Assembly (NCBI GenBank): GCA_019828565.1
Contig: JAHDYR010000043.1
Location: 1 to 64,000, forward strand
Direction of reading: 5' to 3'
Source: Carpediemonas membranifera BICM
Lineage: Eukaryota > Protista > Fornicata
DNA length: 64,000 nt
Shown: positions 11,936 to 23,158 of the stretch, piece after piece
Numbering within the stretch: position 1 is the stretch's first letter
Layout: each line of letters starts with the position of its first letter
Translations under genes and position numbers: made by a program
Notes under the pieces: model-generated
Seen by the model: only the letters and a program-made list of their open reading frames with translations
What the model was told of the DNA's origin: nothing
Databases searched by the model: none

Positions 11936-14785
11936 GGTGGGCAGGCGGAGGCCGTTATCGGAGAAATCGAGGCCGAGCCGGAGTGAGTTGTACTTCTCAG
12001 GGTCTAGGAGAAGAATTCTCGCAATCGCCGGCGTCAGGACGTTGGACTCGAAGTTTCGTATGGTCTCACGGTGTTGGGCTGGATCGACAGATCTCATCAA
12101 AAATGAAAGCTTCGGCAGAATACACGAACGGATAAGATTCAGAGCAACGGACGTCCCATCCGTTCCAATGTCTTCAACCATCGACACCACACTAAGCAAC
12201 ATCTGTTTCTGCTCGTCTAGCTTCGTCATGAGCTGCATCCGTTCCGCTTCGATGCCGCCAATGGGATTTCCCACGATTACTCCAGTTGGCGAGCACGTAA
12301 CGCGAACAGTACGTGCATTCTGCGGCGCGGATGCACAAATCCACTGGCATTTAGCCGGTTTCATTGTTACGCCAATTTGTCGGAAAGCTTCACAAGCTCC
12401 ATCGAAAAAGCCCTGGATGGCGCCGCTAGTCGTCCCCGGGGGGCAATCCATGTGACGTCGTCCTGGTAGGCAACCCACTCGCCGCCCCATTTCGTCTTCA
12501 GCGTGTCGATGATTGGCCGCATGGCCAGCGTGAACAGAATGGGGGACAGTGGGTCTCCTTGAGCGATGCCCTCTTGGGACTCGACGACGCGGCCGGACGG
12601 CAGAACCAGCCTTCCATTGCCATATACGGCGTCAAAGTACGGGATCGCAACAGGGCAGGCCGCGGCGGCTGTGGACCTCAACAGTTTGCGGGGCATGGTG
12701 CCGTACGCATTGCTGAGATCAACGGCGCAGATGCTTTGGCCACGGGAATACGCTTCTTGCAGGCGCAGACCCATAACTTCTGTGCCGCACGACTCACCCC
12801 GCCCGTACTGGTCATCGAGGAGAGGGTCATCCGCGAGGGACGCGGTAACCGCCTTGGCTAGTAGCTTGGCTGCTACTCGACGAAGGGCCTCTCCCATGGC
12901 GATGGGCCGGACCTCGTCGGGTTTGCCAGGCTTGGGCAGTGGGACGAGGCGGGAGTGGGCCAGAACGTTTGTGTACGGGACGCCTTCGGCCACATCGACA
13001 AGTAGTGGCTTCAGGGCAAGGGCGAAGGCTTCTGGCTTGTGTCTAGCGGCGAGCTTCAAGTGGAGGAAGCTCATGCCCGACGGACCGGGAGCCGAGTCGG
13101 CCGGAAGACTGCTCAGGACATCGATGATGTCCCGAGTTTCGAACTCTACCGAGGTGAGCGGGGCGAGGGGATGGCGGATTGGGAGGTCATCAAGACTGCC
13201 TTGGAAGGGGTCAGCTTGCATCCGAACCATCTTCTCCTCTGCTTCGGCTGGGGTCATCTGCAGTTCTTCCGAGACCAGGGCACTCATGGACTTGCTGTAG
13301 TACCCTCGTCTGGCGTGCTGGTAGGCGAGTCGGCTTCTCGACGTGCTTCCCACCTGATTATGGCGGGTCCTCCGGGGGCGAAGTGCTGTTTGTGGGTGCA
13401 GCATCACGTCGATGAGACGATCGCGCTTGTCCTCATCTCTGGCTGCCGCGCAGGCGGTGACCTTTCCGATGAGGGCACGGACATAACCCTTGGTTCCCCT
13501 CCGCGTCGGTCGGCTGCGGCCGATGCGAGCCACGTCGGCGGGGTCTGGAAGGAACCCAAGAGGTCTTGTAGGCGCTCGGGTCTGCCTATTGTTGGTGGCC
13601 TGTGTTGCAGGGTGCGCCAATATAGCAGGGAGCGGCAGCCCCAGAGCGATGTGCGCTGCGGCCGCGACACGGCGTGAGCCATGTTTGGCCACAATCCCGT
13701 TCGACGGGAACCGGCGCGAGAAGTGGGGGGGCAGGGTTAGGCCGCCTGCGGCACGCAGGAGACACGTCTCAATCTCGATGGCTTGCGCCTTCGTGAGGTG
13801 CCTCCTGCGCTCCGTCCCCATGGCTCGCTCGAGCGCGGGGGGCGAGAGAAGCGTCTGGCGGACTGTGTCGGCATCACGCCAGAGCTCTTCCCGCAGGTCC
13901 GGGTGGATGGAGTCCCGTAGGTCACGAGCGAAGGCTGCGATTGCCTGGTTCACTCGGACCGTTGGTACGTCCATCCCCCGGTGGTTGGTGTCAGCCACGC
14001 TTTGGCCGCCAGGCATGGGAGCGGGTGCTCCGTTATGTCTAGGCTGGACATTCGTGGGCCGACTGGTCTCCTCGCTGTCGGTAGGTCTAGGCACGATGCC
14101 TGTCTCCTGTGACTGGGCGGGGGTGGGTGGTCCTGAGCCGAGAGGTGGACTTATCGGGGGTATAAGCTCCGCGATCATCATCTCCTCCCTCTCGATCTGC
14201 GTTCCTGATGTTTGGTGGGCTGACGCAACGGGTCCGTTGTCAATCTCATCGATGGTGGAGAGCCGTGGGCATCCCGCCGCCCGTAGTTGCTCTAGTAGAG
14301 CCCTGCGGCGGCCTAGGGATAGTGTATGGTCACGGCCCTCTGTGTCTATACGGATTCGCGAGTCCATTCGGTGCATCAGGAATTGGACGGGATGCGGCGG
14401 TAGGTTCCTGATCAACTGGATTGAGCTTAGTACTTGGTGTAATCTCTGCTTGAAGTCTCGGTTTGAGGGCCTCTGGATCACTGGGAAGAGCGGACTCACA
14501 GTGGCAATGAGTTCTTCGGAAACTCTCTTGGTGAAGCGCTCGGGACGTCCTCTATCTTGAATGAACAGCTTTTTCACAAGCTCTACATCGTTAAAGAGGC
14601 GGCGGACTTTCTGGTACGAGGACCAGTGTTCGGCAAAGAGAGATTTTGGTACATGCTTACCAAACAGAATGCGCACGGCGTCGAAGATCTGGGAAACAGG
14701 ATCTTCGAGCTGGATAGTTCCTTCAGTCCCGCTCAGAAGCCGCTCCACGACTTCTTTGCTGACAAAGACTGAGACTACCATCGCC
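11936..14785 (-). mobile_element. CRE-clade non-LTR retrotransposon, copy 1 (3'-truncated, lacks the RLE domain)
   Basis: RT motifs SAPGPSG, RPIAMGE, DLSNAYG, GIAQGDPLSP, AYQDD. Near-identical to the copies at 19182-28716. ATG at 14781. Confidence 0.92.
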
Positions 14786-14829
14786 GGCGTACCGTCGTAG
14801 ACGTAGACACAGTGCATACATCCCTGGAA

Positions 14830-15369
14830 ATGGCTGACGACGAGCAAGACGCAGCCAGTAAGCTCCTCCAACTCGAGGAGCTCGTCAAGACTCAGGCTGA
14901 GACAATTGCAAGCCTTGTTGAGTCTGTTGAGGACGTTCGGACCAATGCCGAGGACACTCGAAAGCCTTCTAAGATCCCGGCCGTCACAAAGGAATTCTCG
15001 CACCTGCGTGCTATTCACGCCGAGATCAAGACCGTTCTTGCTGACCCCGCAACCACGTCTATTGAGACCATAGCAACCAAAGTGAACATCATTATCGAGC
15101 GCCGCCTTGAGTTCCTCCGTGTCCTCGACGACGCCGGGGAGGACGCCGCACGCTACTTCCAAGTTACAGCTGCAACCGAGAACAACCCGCGAGAATTCAT
15201 CAAGCTAGCCGCGAAAGCGAAGAAAGCCGCTCCGCCCCAGAGCTTCCGCCATCGCCAGCAGATCCGTAAGCCTTTCTCGCGCAACAGGTACTTCCAGCGC
15301 TCCCCACAGCGCCACTTCACAGCTTCGAACGCCTCGGGCAACCGCAATGCGGCCCCGGGGCAGCAATAA
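14830..15369 (+). CDS. gag-like ORF1 of YR element 1
   Basis: Coiled-coil N-terminus, basic C-terminus, and position upstream of pol. Confidence 0.75.
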   Translation: MADDEQDAASKLLQLEELVKTQAETIASLVESVEDVRTNAEDTRKPSKIPAVTKEFSHLRAIHAEIKTVLADPATTSIETIATKVNIIIERRLEFLRVLDDAGEDAARYFQVTAATENNPREFIKLAAKAKKAAPPQSFRHRQQIRKPFSRNRYFQRSPQRHFTASNASGNRNAAPGQQ

Positions 15370-15386
15370 GCGGCCAAGAAGAGGTT

Positions 15387-18300
15387 ATGCCCACCTCGAA
15401 GACAATAAAAGGCACTATCTACGTTTACGAGCACTATGAGACGAGAAGAAGCAAGAAAGCAAGTACAAGAGCAAGAGACATCAACAGACAAGCAACCGAT
15501 CAAAGCTGCGCAGTCACGCAAGTCGTACGACGCTCCGCCCGACTCTTGCCCGGTGTCCCGGGCACAGGTGGTGGGCTCGATGAGCCGCGCCTGGAGGGAG
15601 TGGGAGGCCTTGGGGGCCAGCAAGGAGGTCGTGAGCACACTGAGAGACGGGGTGAAGGTAGCCCCGGCAACGCCCAACGCCCCGAGAGCGAACGGGAGGG
15701 AAGGCCCAATAAGCGAGATGCTGAAGGAGCTAGTGAACATTCAAGCTTTAGAGGTAGCAACGGCGAGCAACATATCCCCGGTCTTCCTGATTCCGAAGAA
15801 ACCATCGGATTGGAGACTCATACACGACCTCCGGCCGGTCAACTTTTTCCAACAGGTCCGCAAGTTTCGGTTGAAGGGGTTGATGGAGGTGGCGGCCAAT
15901 CTGGCACAGGGGGCATGGTTGACGAGCGTCGACCTGAAGTCCGGCTACTACCAGGTGCTCATGGCGGAGGAGGCCAAGGAGTACCTGGGGATTACCCACG
16001 AAGGAACAACATATCGGTGGAGAGCCCTGCCCTTCGGCCTCAACACAGCACCAGAGGCATTCCAGAGGGTCACCGCCCAGGCGGCAAAGATTATTCGAAG
16101 AGAGTTTGGCGTGCAGGTGTTCGTATACCTAGACGACCTGCTGTTCGCAGACCACTCACGCGCATCACTCGCGGAGAAGATGCCAGGCATACTCGCGCTG
16201 ATGAGAAGACTCGGCATGGTAATCTCGCAGGAGAAGTCTGTTGCTGTGCCAACGCAGGAGCTCGAGTACCTCGGGGTGGTGATCAACTCAGCAGAGGGAT
16301 GCATGTACCTGACAGAGAGAAAGGCCACAGACATGATCAGCTTGATCGACAGACTGCAGAAGGAGAGACGGTTCCTAGTCAAGGACCTCCAAGCCCTCAT
16401 CGGGAAGCTGCTGTTCGCACGGTTCGCCGTGGGAGCTCGGGCCCTGCCCAGGCTACGCGAGCTTCAATGTGCGGCGGCCTCACTCGCAGGAAAGTTACGG
16501 GGCACGAAGAAGGACATCCCACAGGAAGCGAGGACAGACCTGCGGTGGTGGGCGAGAACACTGAGGAGAGACCCGCACTGGTGCTTTCTCACGAACGGGA
16601 GAGAGATTCGGATCGAGACGGACGCGAGCGACCATGCTTACGGTGGCGCCATCTGGACAGAGTTCGGGACCGACTCGTTTCAGGACACGTTCGACCAGAC
16701 ATTCGTAGGCAAATCAATCAACTGCAAGGAGGCGAAGGCCATGGACATAGCGCTGCGCCGCTGGGAGCGGAGGATAGCCGGCAGGGACGTCTTATTAGTC
16801 GGCGACAACACGTCAGCACTGGCCTGGATCGGGAAGAGCAGTACAAAGGCACCGGCCCACATGCGACGAGAGGTGAAGGAGCTCCACGACTTCTTACACG
16901 CGATCGGGGCGAGGGTGCGAACAAAGCACGTCCCGGGTCTGCTCAACACCACAGCGGACGACCTCTCGAGATTCAAGAAGCTCGACTGGGCGATGCCGGC
17001 ATCACTAGCGGCGAGGGCAGCAGAGCAGTGGGGCACAACCGACAGATCGCTGTTCGCAACACGAACTTTCCTGCCAGAGGACTTGGGCTATGTAGAAGAC
17101 GCCTTCACGGCGGACTGGACCGAGTGCAGGTCAATCGCAGTCCCACCAGTTGCGCTCTTACCCCGCGTGACCGCCAGATTGAGAGAGATATGGCAACAGT
17201 CAGAGGTCACCCCAGCCCAGCAGCCCAGGGGAGTGGTAGTAATCGCACCGCAGAGAGGCACCAACGTGGACCTGGACCTGAACCGGATGTCCCAGGACAA
17301 AATCGAAGTCACGCTGCCGGCACACTGGTGGACCGGCACAGAGATAGAGAACTTGTTCGCCGGGAAGGATCGTATCCCTTTCGTGGCTTACTGGGTGCCG
17401 GTGAGGTCGACATTGGCACAGCTTTGTCCGCCCCATGGGTGATGGCAAGACACAGGGCCATGCGAGCCGCAGGTCAGACCCCAGAGAGAGGCCACCTCTC
17501 GTGTCAATGGACACGCGAGCCAAGAGTCAAGAGTAGTCAAATAGAGGCCCAGCTCACGAATAACCCCCTCCTCATGGACAAGGAAGTATCTACCAGGCAG
17601 CGCATCGCCGCAGAGACAGCCAAATTCACGTTTTTCCGATCATCAGTCCGGCATGACCCCGACTGTGACTCTGACTGTGACTCTGACTGTGACTTACCTC
17701 AGGACGACCCTGCCCCGACGGCCAGGGACACGGCACAGGCGACGCTGGACCGAGCAAGGCAGGAACTCACAGACCGCGAGTGGTTGCACGAGTTCGCCGA
17801 GCTCCTTGACGCCATTGAGCCGGCAGACACACTGATGTTGTATCTATTTTCCGAAATCCCCTTCGTCGCCAGAGACACATTCATCACGAAGGAGGCGAAC
17901 ATCAGAATGGGACTGGAGGCACTGGGCGAGAGCGCTGAGACGACAAGGTTGCATCGGGCCCTGACCAGGGCAGGTGCGAGGCTAGCAGGCCGATGCGAGC
18001 TAACGCCCGGACGTAAGACTGGGAAGGCTTGGCCAATCAGGCGTGAGACGCTGGAGGCTGCGGCTAGGTCAGCCGGGGCACACGCGACCCCGCCCCTCAC
18101 TCAGGCAATTGCCTTTGGCCTGGTGACGTTTGCGACAGTGTCGCGAGCAGGCGAGATCCGGGCACTCAAGACAGAGGATGTGAGGCACGGCGGAGCAGAC
18201 GGCGCGCTGGAGATTACGATACGACACACAAAGACAAGGGATGAAGCGACGCTGAAGTTGGTTCCCTCAGCCGACGACCAGCTGCGGTCACCAGCCTGGT

Positions 18301-18620
18301 GGCTCGCCATGCACATGAGTAACCTACCAGATGAAGGCCCCTTGTGGCGTTCGTACACCCATAGCCAGGCAACACTACGAGAGAGCCGGTCCGCGTTGAA
18401 GGGGGCGCAGGAGCCGTGGGCGCGATTCGAAATGATGATGGACCTCGAGGAAGTATTCAAGGCCACCGGACATTCCTTCCGCCGCGGCGCCGCAGTACAT
18501 CTGGTTGAATCTGGAACTCCAATGGAAGTGGTGCAAGCCTTGGGGGGATGGCGGGCGCAAGACTCAGTACAAACGTACATCAGTGAAGCAATACGACTGT
18601 CCAGAAGCGCATGGAGCTGA
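15387..18620 (+). CDS. Tyrosine recombinase of YR element 1, in a 1077-aa ORF overlapping all of pol
   Basis: SRAGE (R), HTKT (K), HSFRRG (HxxR), GGW and TYI (Y) catalytic residues in the C-terminal ~350 aa. Confidence 0.9.
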   Translation: MPTSKTIKGTIYVYEHYETRRSKKASTRARDINRQATDQSCAVTQVVRRSARLLPGVPGTGGGLDEPRLEGVGGLGGQQGGREHTERRGEGSPGNAQRPESEREGRPNKRDAEGASEHSSFRGSNGEQHIPGLPDSEETIGLETHTRPPAGQLFPTGPQVSVEGVDGGGGQSGTGGMVDERRPEVRLLPGAHGGGGQGVPGDYPRRNNISVESPALRPQHSTRGIPEGHRPGGKDYSKRVWRAGVRIPRRPAVRRPLTRITRGEDARHTRADEKTRHGNLAGEVCCCANAGARVPRGGDQLSRGMHVPDREKGHRHDQLDRQTAEGETVPSQGPPSPHREAAVRTVRRGSSGPAQATRASMCGGLTRRKVTGHEEGHPTGSEDRPAVVGENTEERPALVLSHERERDSDRDGRERPCLRWRHLDRVRDRLVSGHVRPDIRRQINQLQGGEGHGHSAAPLGAEDSRQGRLISRRQHVSTGLDREEQYKGTGPHATRGEGAPRLLTRDRGEGANKARPGSAQHHSGRPLEIQEARLGDAGITSGEGSRAVGHNRQIAVRNTNFPARGLGLCRRRLHGGLDRVQVNRSPTSCALTPRDRQIERDMATVRGHPSPAAQGSGSNRTAERHQRGPGPEPDVPGQNRSHAAGTLVDRHRDRELVRREGSYPFRGLLGAGEVDIGTALSAPWVMARHRAMRAAGQTPERGHLSCQWTREPRVKSSQIEAQLTNNPLLMDKEVSTRQRIAAETAKFTFFRSSVRHDPDCDSDCDSDCDLPQDDPAPTARDTAQATLDRARQELTDREWLHEFAELLDAIEPADTLMLYLFSEIPFVARDTFITKEANIRMGLEALGESAETTRLHRALTRAGARLAGRCELTPGRKTGKAWPIRRETLEAAARSAGAHATPPLTQAIAFGLVTFATVSRAGEIRALKTEDVRHGGADGALEITIRHTKTRDEATLKLVPSADDQLRSPAWWLAMHMSNLPDEGPLWRSYTHSQATLRESRSALKGAQEPWARFEMMMDLEEVFKATGHSFRRGAAVHLVESGTPMEVVQALGGWRAQDSVQTYISEAIRLSRSAWS
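15436..17442 (+). CDS. RT-RNase H-degenerate methyltransferase of YR element 1
   Basis: SPVFLIPKK, HDLR, DLKSGYYQ, LPFG, VYLDD; RNase H TDAS / E / DNT / ADDLSR; MT-like LFAT..DAFTADW..VPP. Confidence 0.95.
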   Translation: MRREEARKQVQEQETSTDKQPIKAAQSRKSYDAPPDSCPVSRAQVVGSMSRAWREWEALGASKEVVSTLRDGVKVAPATPNAPRANGREGPISEMLKELVNIQALEVATASNISPVFLIPKKPSDWRLIHDLRPVNFFQQVRKFRLKGLMEVAANLAQGAWLTSVDLKSGYYQVLMAEEAKEYLGITHEGTTYRWRALPFGLNTAPEAFQRVTAQAAKIIRREFGVQVFVYLDDLLFADHSRASLAEKMPGILALMRRLGMVISQEKSVAVPTQELEYLGVVINSAEGCMYLTERKATDMISLIDRLQKERRFLVKDLQALIGKLLFARFAVGARALPRLRELQCAAASLAGKLRGTKKDIPQEARTDLRWWARTLRRDPHWCFLTNGREIRIETDASDHAYGGAIWTEFGTDSFQDTFDQTFVGKSINCKEAKAMDIALRRWERRIAGRDVLLVGDNTSALAWIGKSSTKAPAHMRREVKELHDFLHAIGARVRTKHVPGLLNTTADDLSRFKKLDWAMPASLAARAAEQWGTTDRSLFATRTFLPEDLGYVEDAFTADWTECRSIAVPPVALLPRVTARLREIWQQSEVTPAQQPRGVVVIAPQRGTNVDLDLNRMSQDKIEVTLPAHWWTGTEIENLFAGKDRIPFVAYWVPVRSTLAQLCPPHG

Positions 18621-19181
18621 GCTAACTGTAGATAGAAGATATAGAAGATAAGAAGAGCACAATGTGTACAAATGAGTGTTAAAATAAGAACAGAAGCGAA
18701 GACAGAGACCAAAGAACCATTATGCCCAGTTGCAAAGTCAAGGTCATGGTGAAAAAACTAACGTCAGAAGAGGAGGGGCGGACGACCATATAGGGTCTAT
18801 AGAACTCGGTAAGGGGTGTCTCAATTATATTTATTTGATGGCGGGATACATCAATTGGAGACTTCGACTGTTGTCGACTAACAGTCGGCGTACCGTCGTA
18901 GACGTAGACACAGTGCGCCTTGGGGCGCGGTCCACAAGGGTCCGAGTGGGGTGCCGATCACCTGGACCCAAACCCAAAAGATTCGGGAGAATCTTCTAGA
19001 TTCGTGGAAAATATTCGGCTGGTGACCTGGGACGTTTAAGCCAATTTAACCAAGGGGGAAAACCTCCCCTGTTCGGCACATCCCTGGAAATGGCTGACGA
19101 CGAGCAAGACGCTCAGCCTGATCCAGGAGTATAAATTTGATCTAATCAATTGGAGACTTCGACTGTTGTCGACTAACAGTC

Positions 19182-22100
19182 GTTTAATAGGTCGAAAACC
19201 TCCTTTCACGCTGCGTCCAGAGACGTTCGCGCCTGTATTCCCGCGCCTGTGTCGACTTAGATGTGTCACCTGTGGGCATCCCTTGTTCGGCTCCTCCGGC
19301 TGCTCCCGCAGCCTCGTCGCCGGCCCCCTCGGCCTTTCCACACGCGAGATGAGATTCCAGCACAAATTATTCCCGCAGCCAGTCCTGCGCTGTGGCCCGC
19401 TCGAACTGCGTGACGTAATCCGAGTAGATCTGGACGTTGCCGTTCCAGATGCAGCGCATCACTTCCTGCTCCAGGAAGCGGCCGGCCCCCACACTCAGGC
19501 CGACCATCTTACACAATCTCACACACCAGGACTCGCCCTGGTCATCACTGCACGCTTCGCCAGTGATCTCGCAGGCGGCCGTCAGTAGCTCGGCTGACCA
19601 GTTGTGGTACTGCGCGGACTTGTCTGACTCGGCGTTGGCCTGATCCTTCGAGATCACCACGTCGATGATGATGGGCTCGTTGGCGACCCTGCCCGTGGGA
19701 GAGCGACGCAGCGGGACATAGACGTCGGCGCGAGCGTTACTCTGGTAGGCTGGGTCGGCCGAGTAGCCGCGGGTGCGACTGTTCAAGGCGAACTCCTTGC
19801 GGGCAAGCACGTCGTTACTCCACAGGAAGGAGCGCACGCAGTCACGAACTAGGTCATGACGCATGGTCCTGGCACCCTCCAGGAGCTTAGGACAGGACAA
19901 CGTGTGCTGCCACGACACATTCGAGTTACCGCAGAGCGGGCAGCGGACGGTTGAGTCCGTCTCGAACGGTGGTGCGCCGAGGTGTGACCTCACCATGGTG
20001 GTGAAAAGGTCGCCACGGATCGGCGTCGCATAGGAGAGGGGGACAGGGCGGCTTCGGCCGCGAGAATCGGGGTCACCGGGGTCGACTCCACGATCGGGGC
20101 GACGGCTGCTGCATGGGCGCGAGAGATTTTTGTTAGGGTGCGCTGAAGGCCAGTCACGGGCTTGCCGTAGAGCTGGTCCATCCCACGAGGCCAGTCGATG
20201 GAGGTGTCGTTGGCGGCGAAGGTTGATTCGTCGGGGGTTCTGTCCCAGCCCACATCGTGCAGTTGGGCGGTTGCGGCTAGGTAAGCTGCGTCCCAGGTCA
20301 TGCTCGGGGTGGGCAGGCGGAGGCCGTTATCGGAGAAATCGAGGCCGAGCCGGAGTGAGTTGTACTTCTCAGGGTCTAGGAGAAGAATTCTCGCAATCGC
20401 CGGCGTCAGGACGTTGGACTCGAAGTTTCGTATGGTCTCACGGTGTTGGGCTGGATCGACAGATCTCATGAAAAATGAAAGCTTCGGCAGAATACACGAA
20501 CGGATAAGATTCAGAGCAACGGACGTCCCATCCGTTCCAATGTCTTCAACCATCGACACCACACTAAGCAACATCTGTTTCTGCTCGTCTAGCTTCGTCA
20601 TGAGCTGCATCCGTTCCGCTTCGATGCCGCCAATGGGAATTCCCACGATTACTCCAGTTGGCGAGCACGTAACGCGAACAGTACGTGCATTCTGCGGCGC
20701 GGATGCACAAATCCACTGGCATTTAGCCGGTTTCATTGTTACGCCAATTTGTCGGAAAGCTTCACAAGCTCCATCGAAAAAGCCCTGGATGGCGCCGCTA
20801 GTCGTCCCCGGGGGGCAATCCATGTGACGTCGTCCTGGTAGGCAACCCACTCGCCGCCCCATTTCGTCTTCAGCGTGTCGATGATTGGCCGCATGGCCAG
20901 CGTGAAGAGAATGGGGGACAGTGGGTCTCCTTGAGCGATGCCCTCTAGGGACTCGACGACGCGGCCGGACGGCAGAACCAGCCTTCCATTGCCATATACG
21001 GCGTCAAAGTACGGGATCGCAACAGGGCAGGCCGCGGCGGCTGTGGACCTCAACAGTTTGCGGGGCATGGTGCCGTACGCATTGCTGAGATCAACGGCGC
21101 AGATGCTTTGGCCACGGGAATACGCTTCTTGCAGGCGCAGACCCATAACTTCTGTGCCGCACGACTCACCCCGCCCGTACTGGTCATCGAGGAGAGGGTC
21201 ATCCGCGAGGGACGCGGTAACCGCCTTGGCTAGTAGCTTGGCTGCTACTCGACGAAGGGCCTCTCCCATGGCGATGGGCCGGACCTCGTCGGGTTTGCCA
21301 GGCTTGGGCAGTGGGACGAGGCGGGAGTGGGCCAGAACGTTTGTGTACGGGACGCCTTCGGCCACATCGACAAGTAGTGGCTTCAGGGCAAGGGCGAAGG
21401 CTTCTGGCTTGTGTCTAGCGGCGAGCTTCAAGTGGAGGAAGCTCATGCCCGACGGACCGGGAGCCGAGTCGGCCGGAAGACTGCTCAGGACATCGATGAT
21501 GTCCCGAGTTTCGAACTCTACCGAGGTGAGCGGGGCGAGGGGATGGCGGATTGGGAGGTCATCAAGACTGCCTTGGAAGGGGTCAGCTTGCATCCGAACC
21601 ATCTTCTCCTCTGCTTCGGCTGGGGTCATCTGCAGTTCTTCCGAGACCAGGGCACTCATGGACTTGCTGTAGTACCCTCGTCTGGCGTGCTGGTAGGCGA
21701 GTCGGCTTCTCGACGTGCTTCCCACCTGATTATGGCGGGTCCTCCGGGGGCGAAGTGCTGTTTGTGGGTGCAGCATCACGTCGATGAGACGATCGCGCTT
21801 GTCCTCATCTCTGGCTGCCGCGCAGGCGGTGACCTTTCCGATGAGGGCACGGACATAACCCTTGGTTCCCCTCCGCGTCGGTCGGCTGCGGCCGATGCGA
21901 GCCACGTCGGCGGGGTCTGGAAGGAACCCAAGAGGTCTTGTAGGCGCTCGGGTCTGCCTATTGTTGGTGGCCTGTGTTGCAGGGTGCGCCAATATAGCAG
22001 GGAGCGGCAGCCCCAGAGCGATGTGCGCTGCGGCCGCGACACGGCGTGAGCCATGTTTGGCCACAATCCCGTTCGACGGGAACCGGCGCGAGAAGTGGGG

Positions 22101-23158
22101 GGGCAGGGTTAGGCCGCCTGCGGCACGCAGGAGACACGTCTCAATCTCGATGGCTTGCGCCTTCGTGAGGTGCCTCCTGCGCTCCGTCCCCATGGCTCGC
22201 TCGAGCGCGGGGGGCGAGAGAAGCGTCTGGCGGACTGTGTCGGCATCACGCCAGAGCTCTTCCCGCAGGTCCGGGTGGATGGCGTCCCGTAGGTCACGAG
22301 CGAAGGCTGCGATTGCCTGGTTCACTCGGACCGTTGGTACGTCCATCCCCCGGTGGTTGGTGTCAGCCACGCTTTGGCCGCCAGGCATGGGAGCGGGTGC
22401 TCCGTTATGTCTAGGCTGGACATTCGTGGGCCGACTGGTCTCCCTCGCTGTCGGTAGGTCTAGGCACGATGCCTGTCTCCTGTGACTGGGCGGGGGTGGG
22501 TGGTCCTGAGCCGAGAGGTGGACTTATCGGGGGTATAAGCTCCGCGATCATCATCTCCTCCCTCTCGATCTGCGTTCCTGATGTTTGGTGGGCTGACGCA
22601 ACGGGTCCGTTGTCAATCTCATCGATGGTGGAGAGCCGTGGGCATCCCGCCGCCCGTAGTTGCTCTAGTAGAGCCCTGCGGCGGCCTAGGGATAGCGTAT
22701 GGTCACGGCCCTCTGTGTCTATACGGATTCGCGAGTCCATTCGGTGCATCAGGAATTGGACGGGATGCGGCGGTAGGTTCCTGATCAACTGGATTGAGCT
22801 TAGTACTTGGTGTAATCTCTGCTTGAAGTCTCGGTTTGAGGGCCTCTGGATCACTGGGAAGAGCGGACTCACAGTGGCAATGAGTTCTTCGGAGACTCTC
22901 TTGGTGAAGCGCTCGGGACGTCCTCTATCTTGAATGAACAGCTTTTTCACAAGCTCTACATCGTTAAAGAGGCGGCGGACTTTCTGGTACGAGGACCAGT
23001 GTTCGGCAAAGAGAGATTTTGGTACATGCTTACCAAACAGAATGCGCACGGCGTCGAAGATCTGGGAAACAGGATCTTCGAGCTGGATAGTTCCTTCAGT
23101 CCCGCTCAGAAGCCGCTCCACGACTTCTTTGCTGACAAAGACTGAGACTACCATCGCC
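19182..23158 (-). mobile_element. CRE-clade element, copy 2 (full length, 3977 bp; ORF 23154-19367 with homopolymer frameshifts)
   Basis: RT plus the CCHC knuckle CPLC..QHTLSC and restriction-like endonuclease motifs RHD..KE..RAD..IDV..K. The 5' UTR is only GGCG. Confidence 0.95.

Larger units (their letters stand above)
14786..18916 (+). mobile_element. YR retrotransposon 1 (DIRS order, split direct repeats), ORFs intact
   Basis: gag-like, RT-RNaseH-MT and tyrosine recombinase ORFs. Repeat Y: 14786-14815 (remnant), 18850-18916, 19145-19181. Repeat X: 14818-14852, 19078-19112. Confidence 0.9.

Noticed and set aside
14786-15162. N-terminal extension of the 931-aa minus-strand ORF 12367-15162
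   Set aside because: It is antisense read-through into YR element 1 gag. The other CRE copies show the real start is the ATG at 14781.
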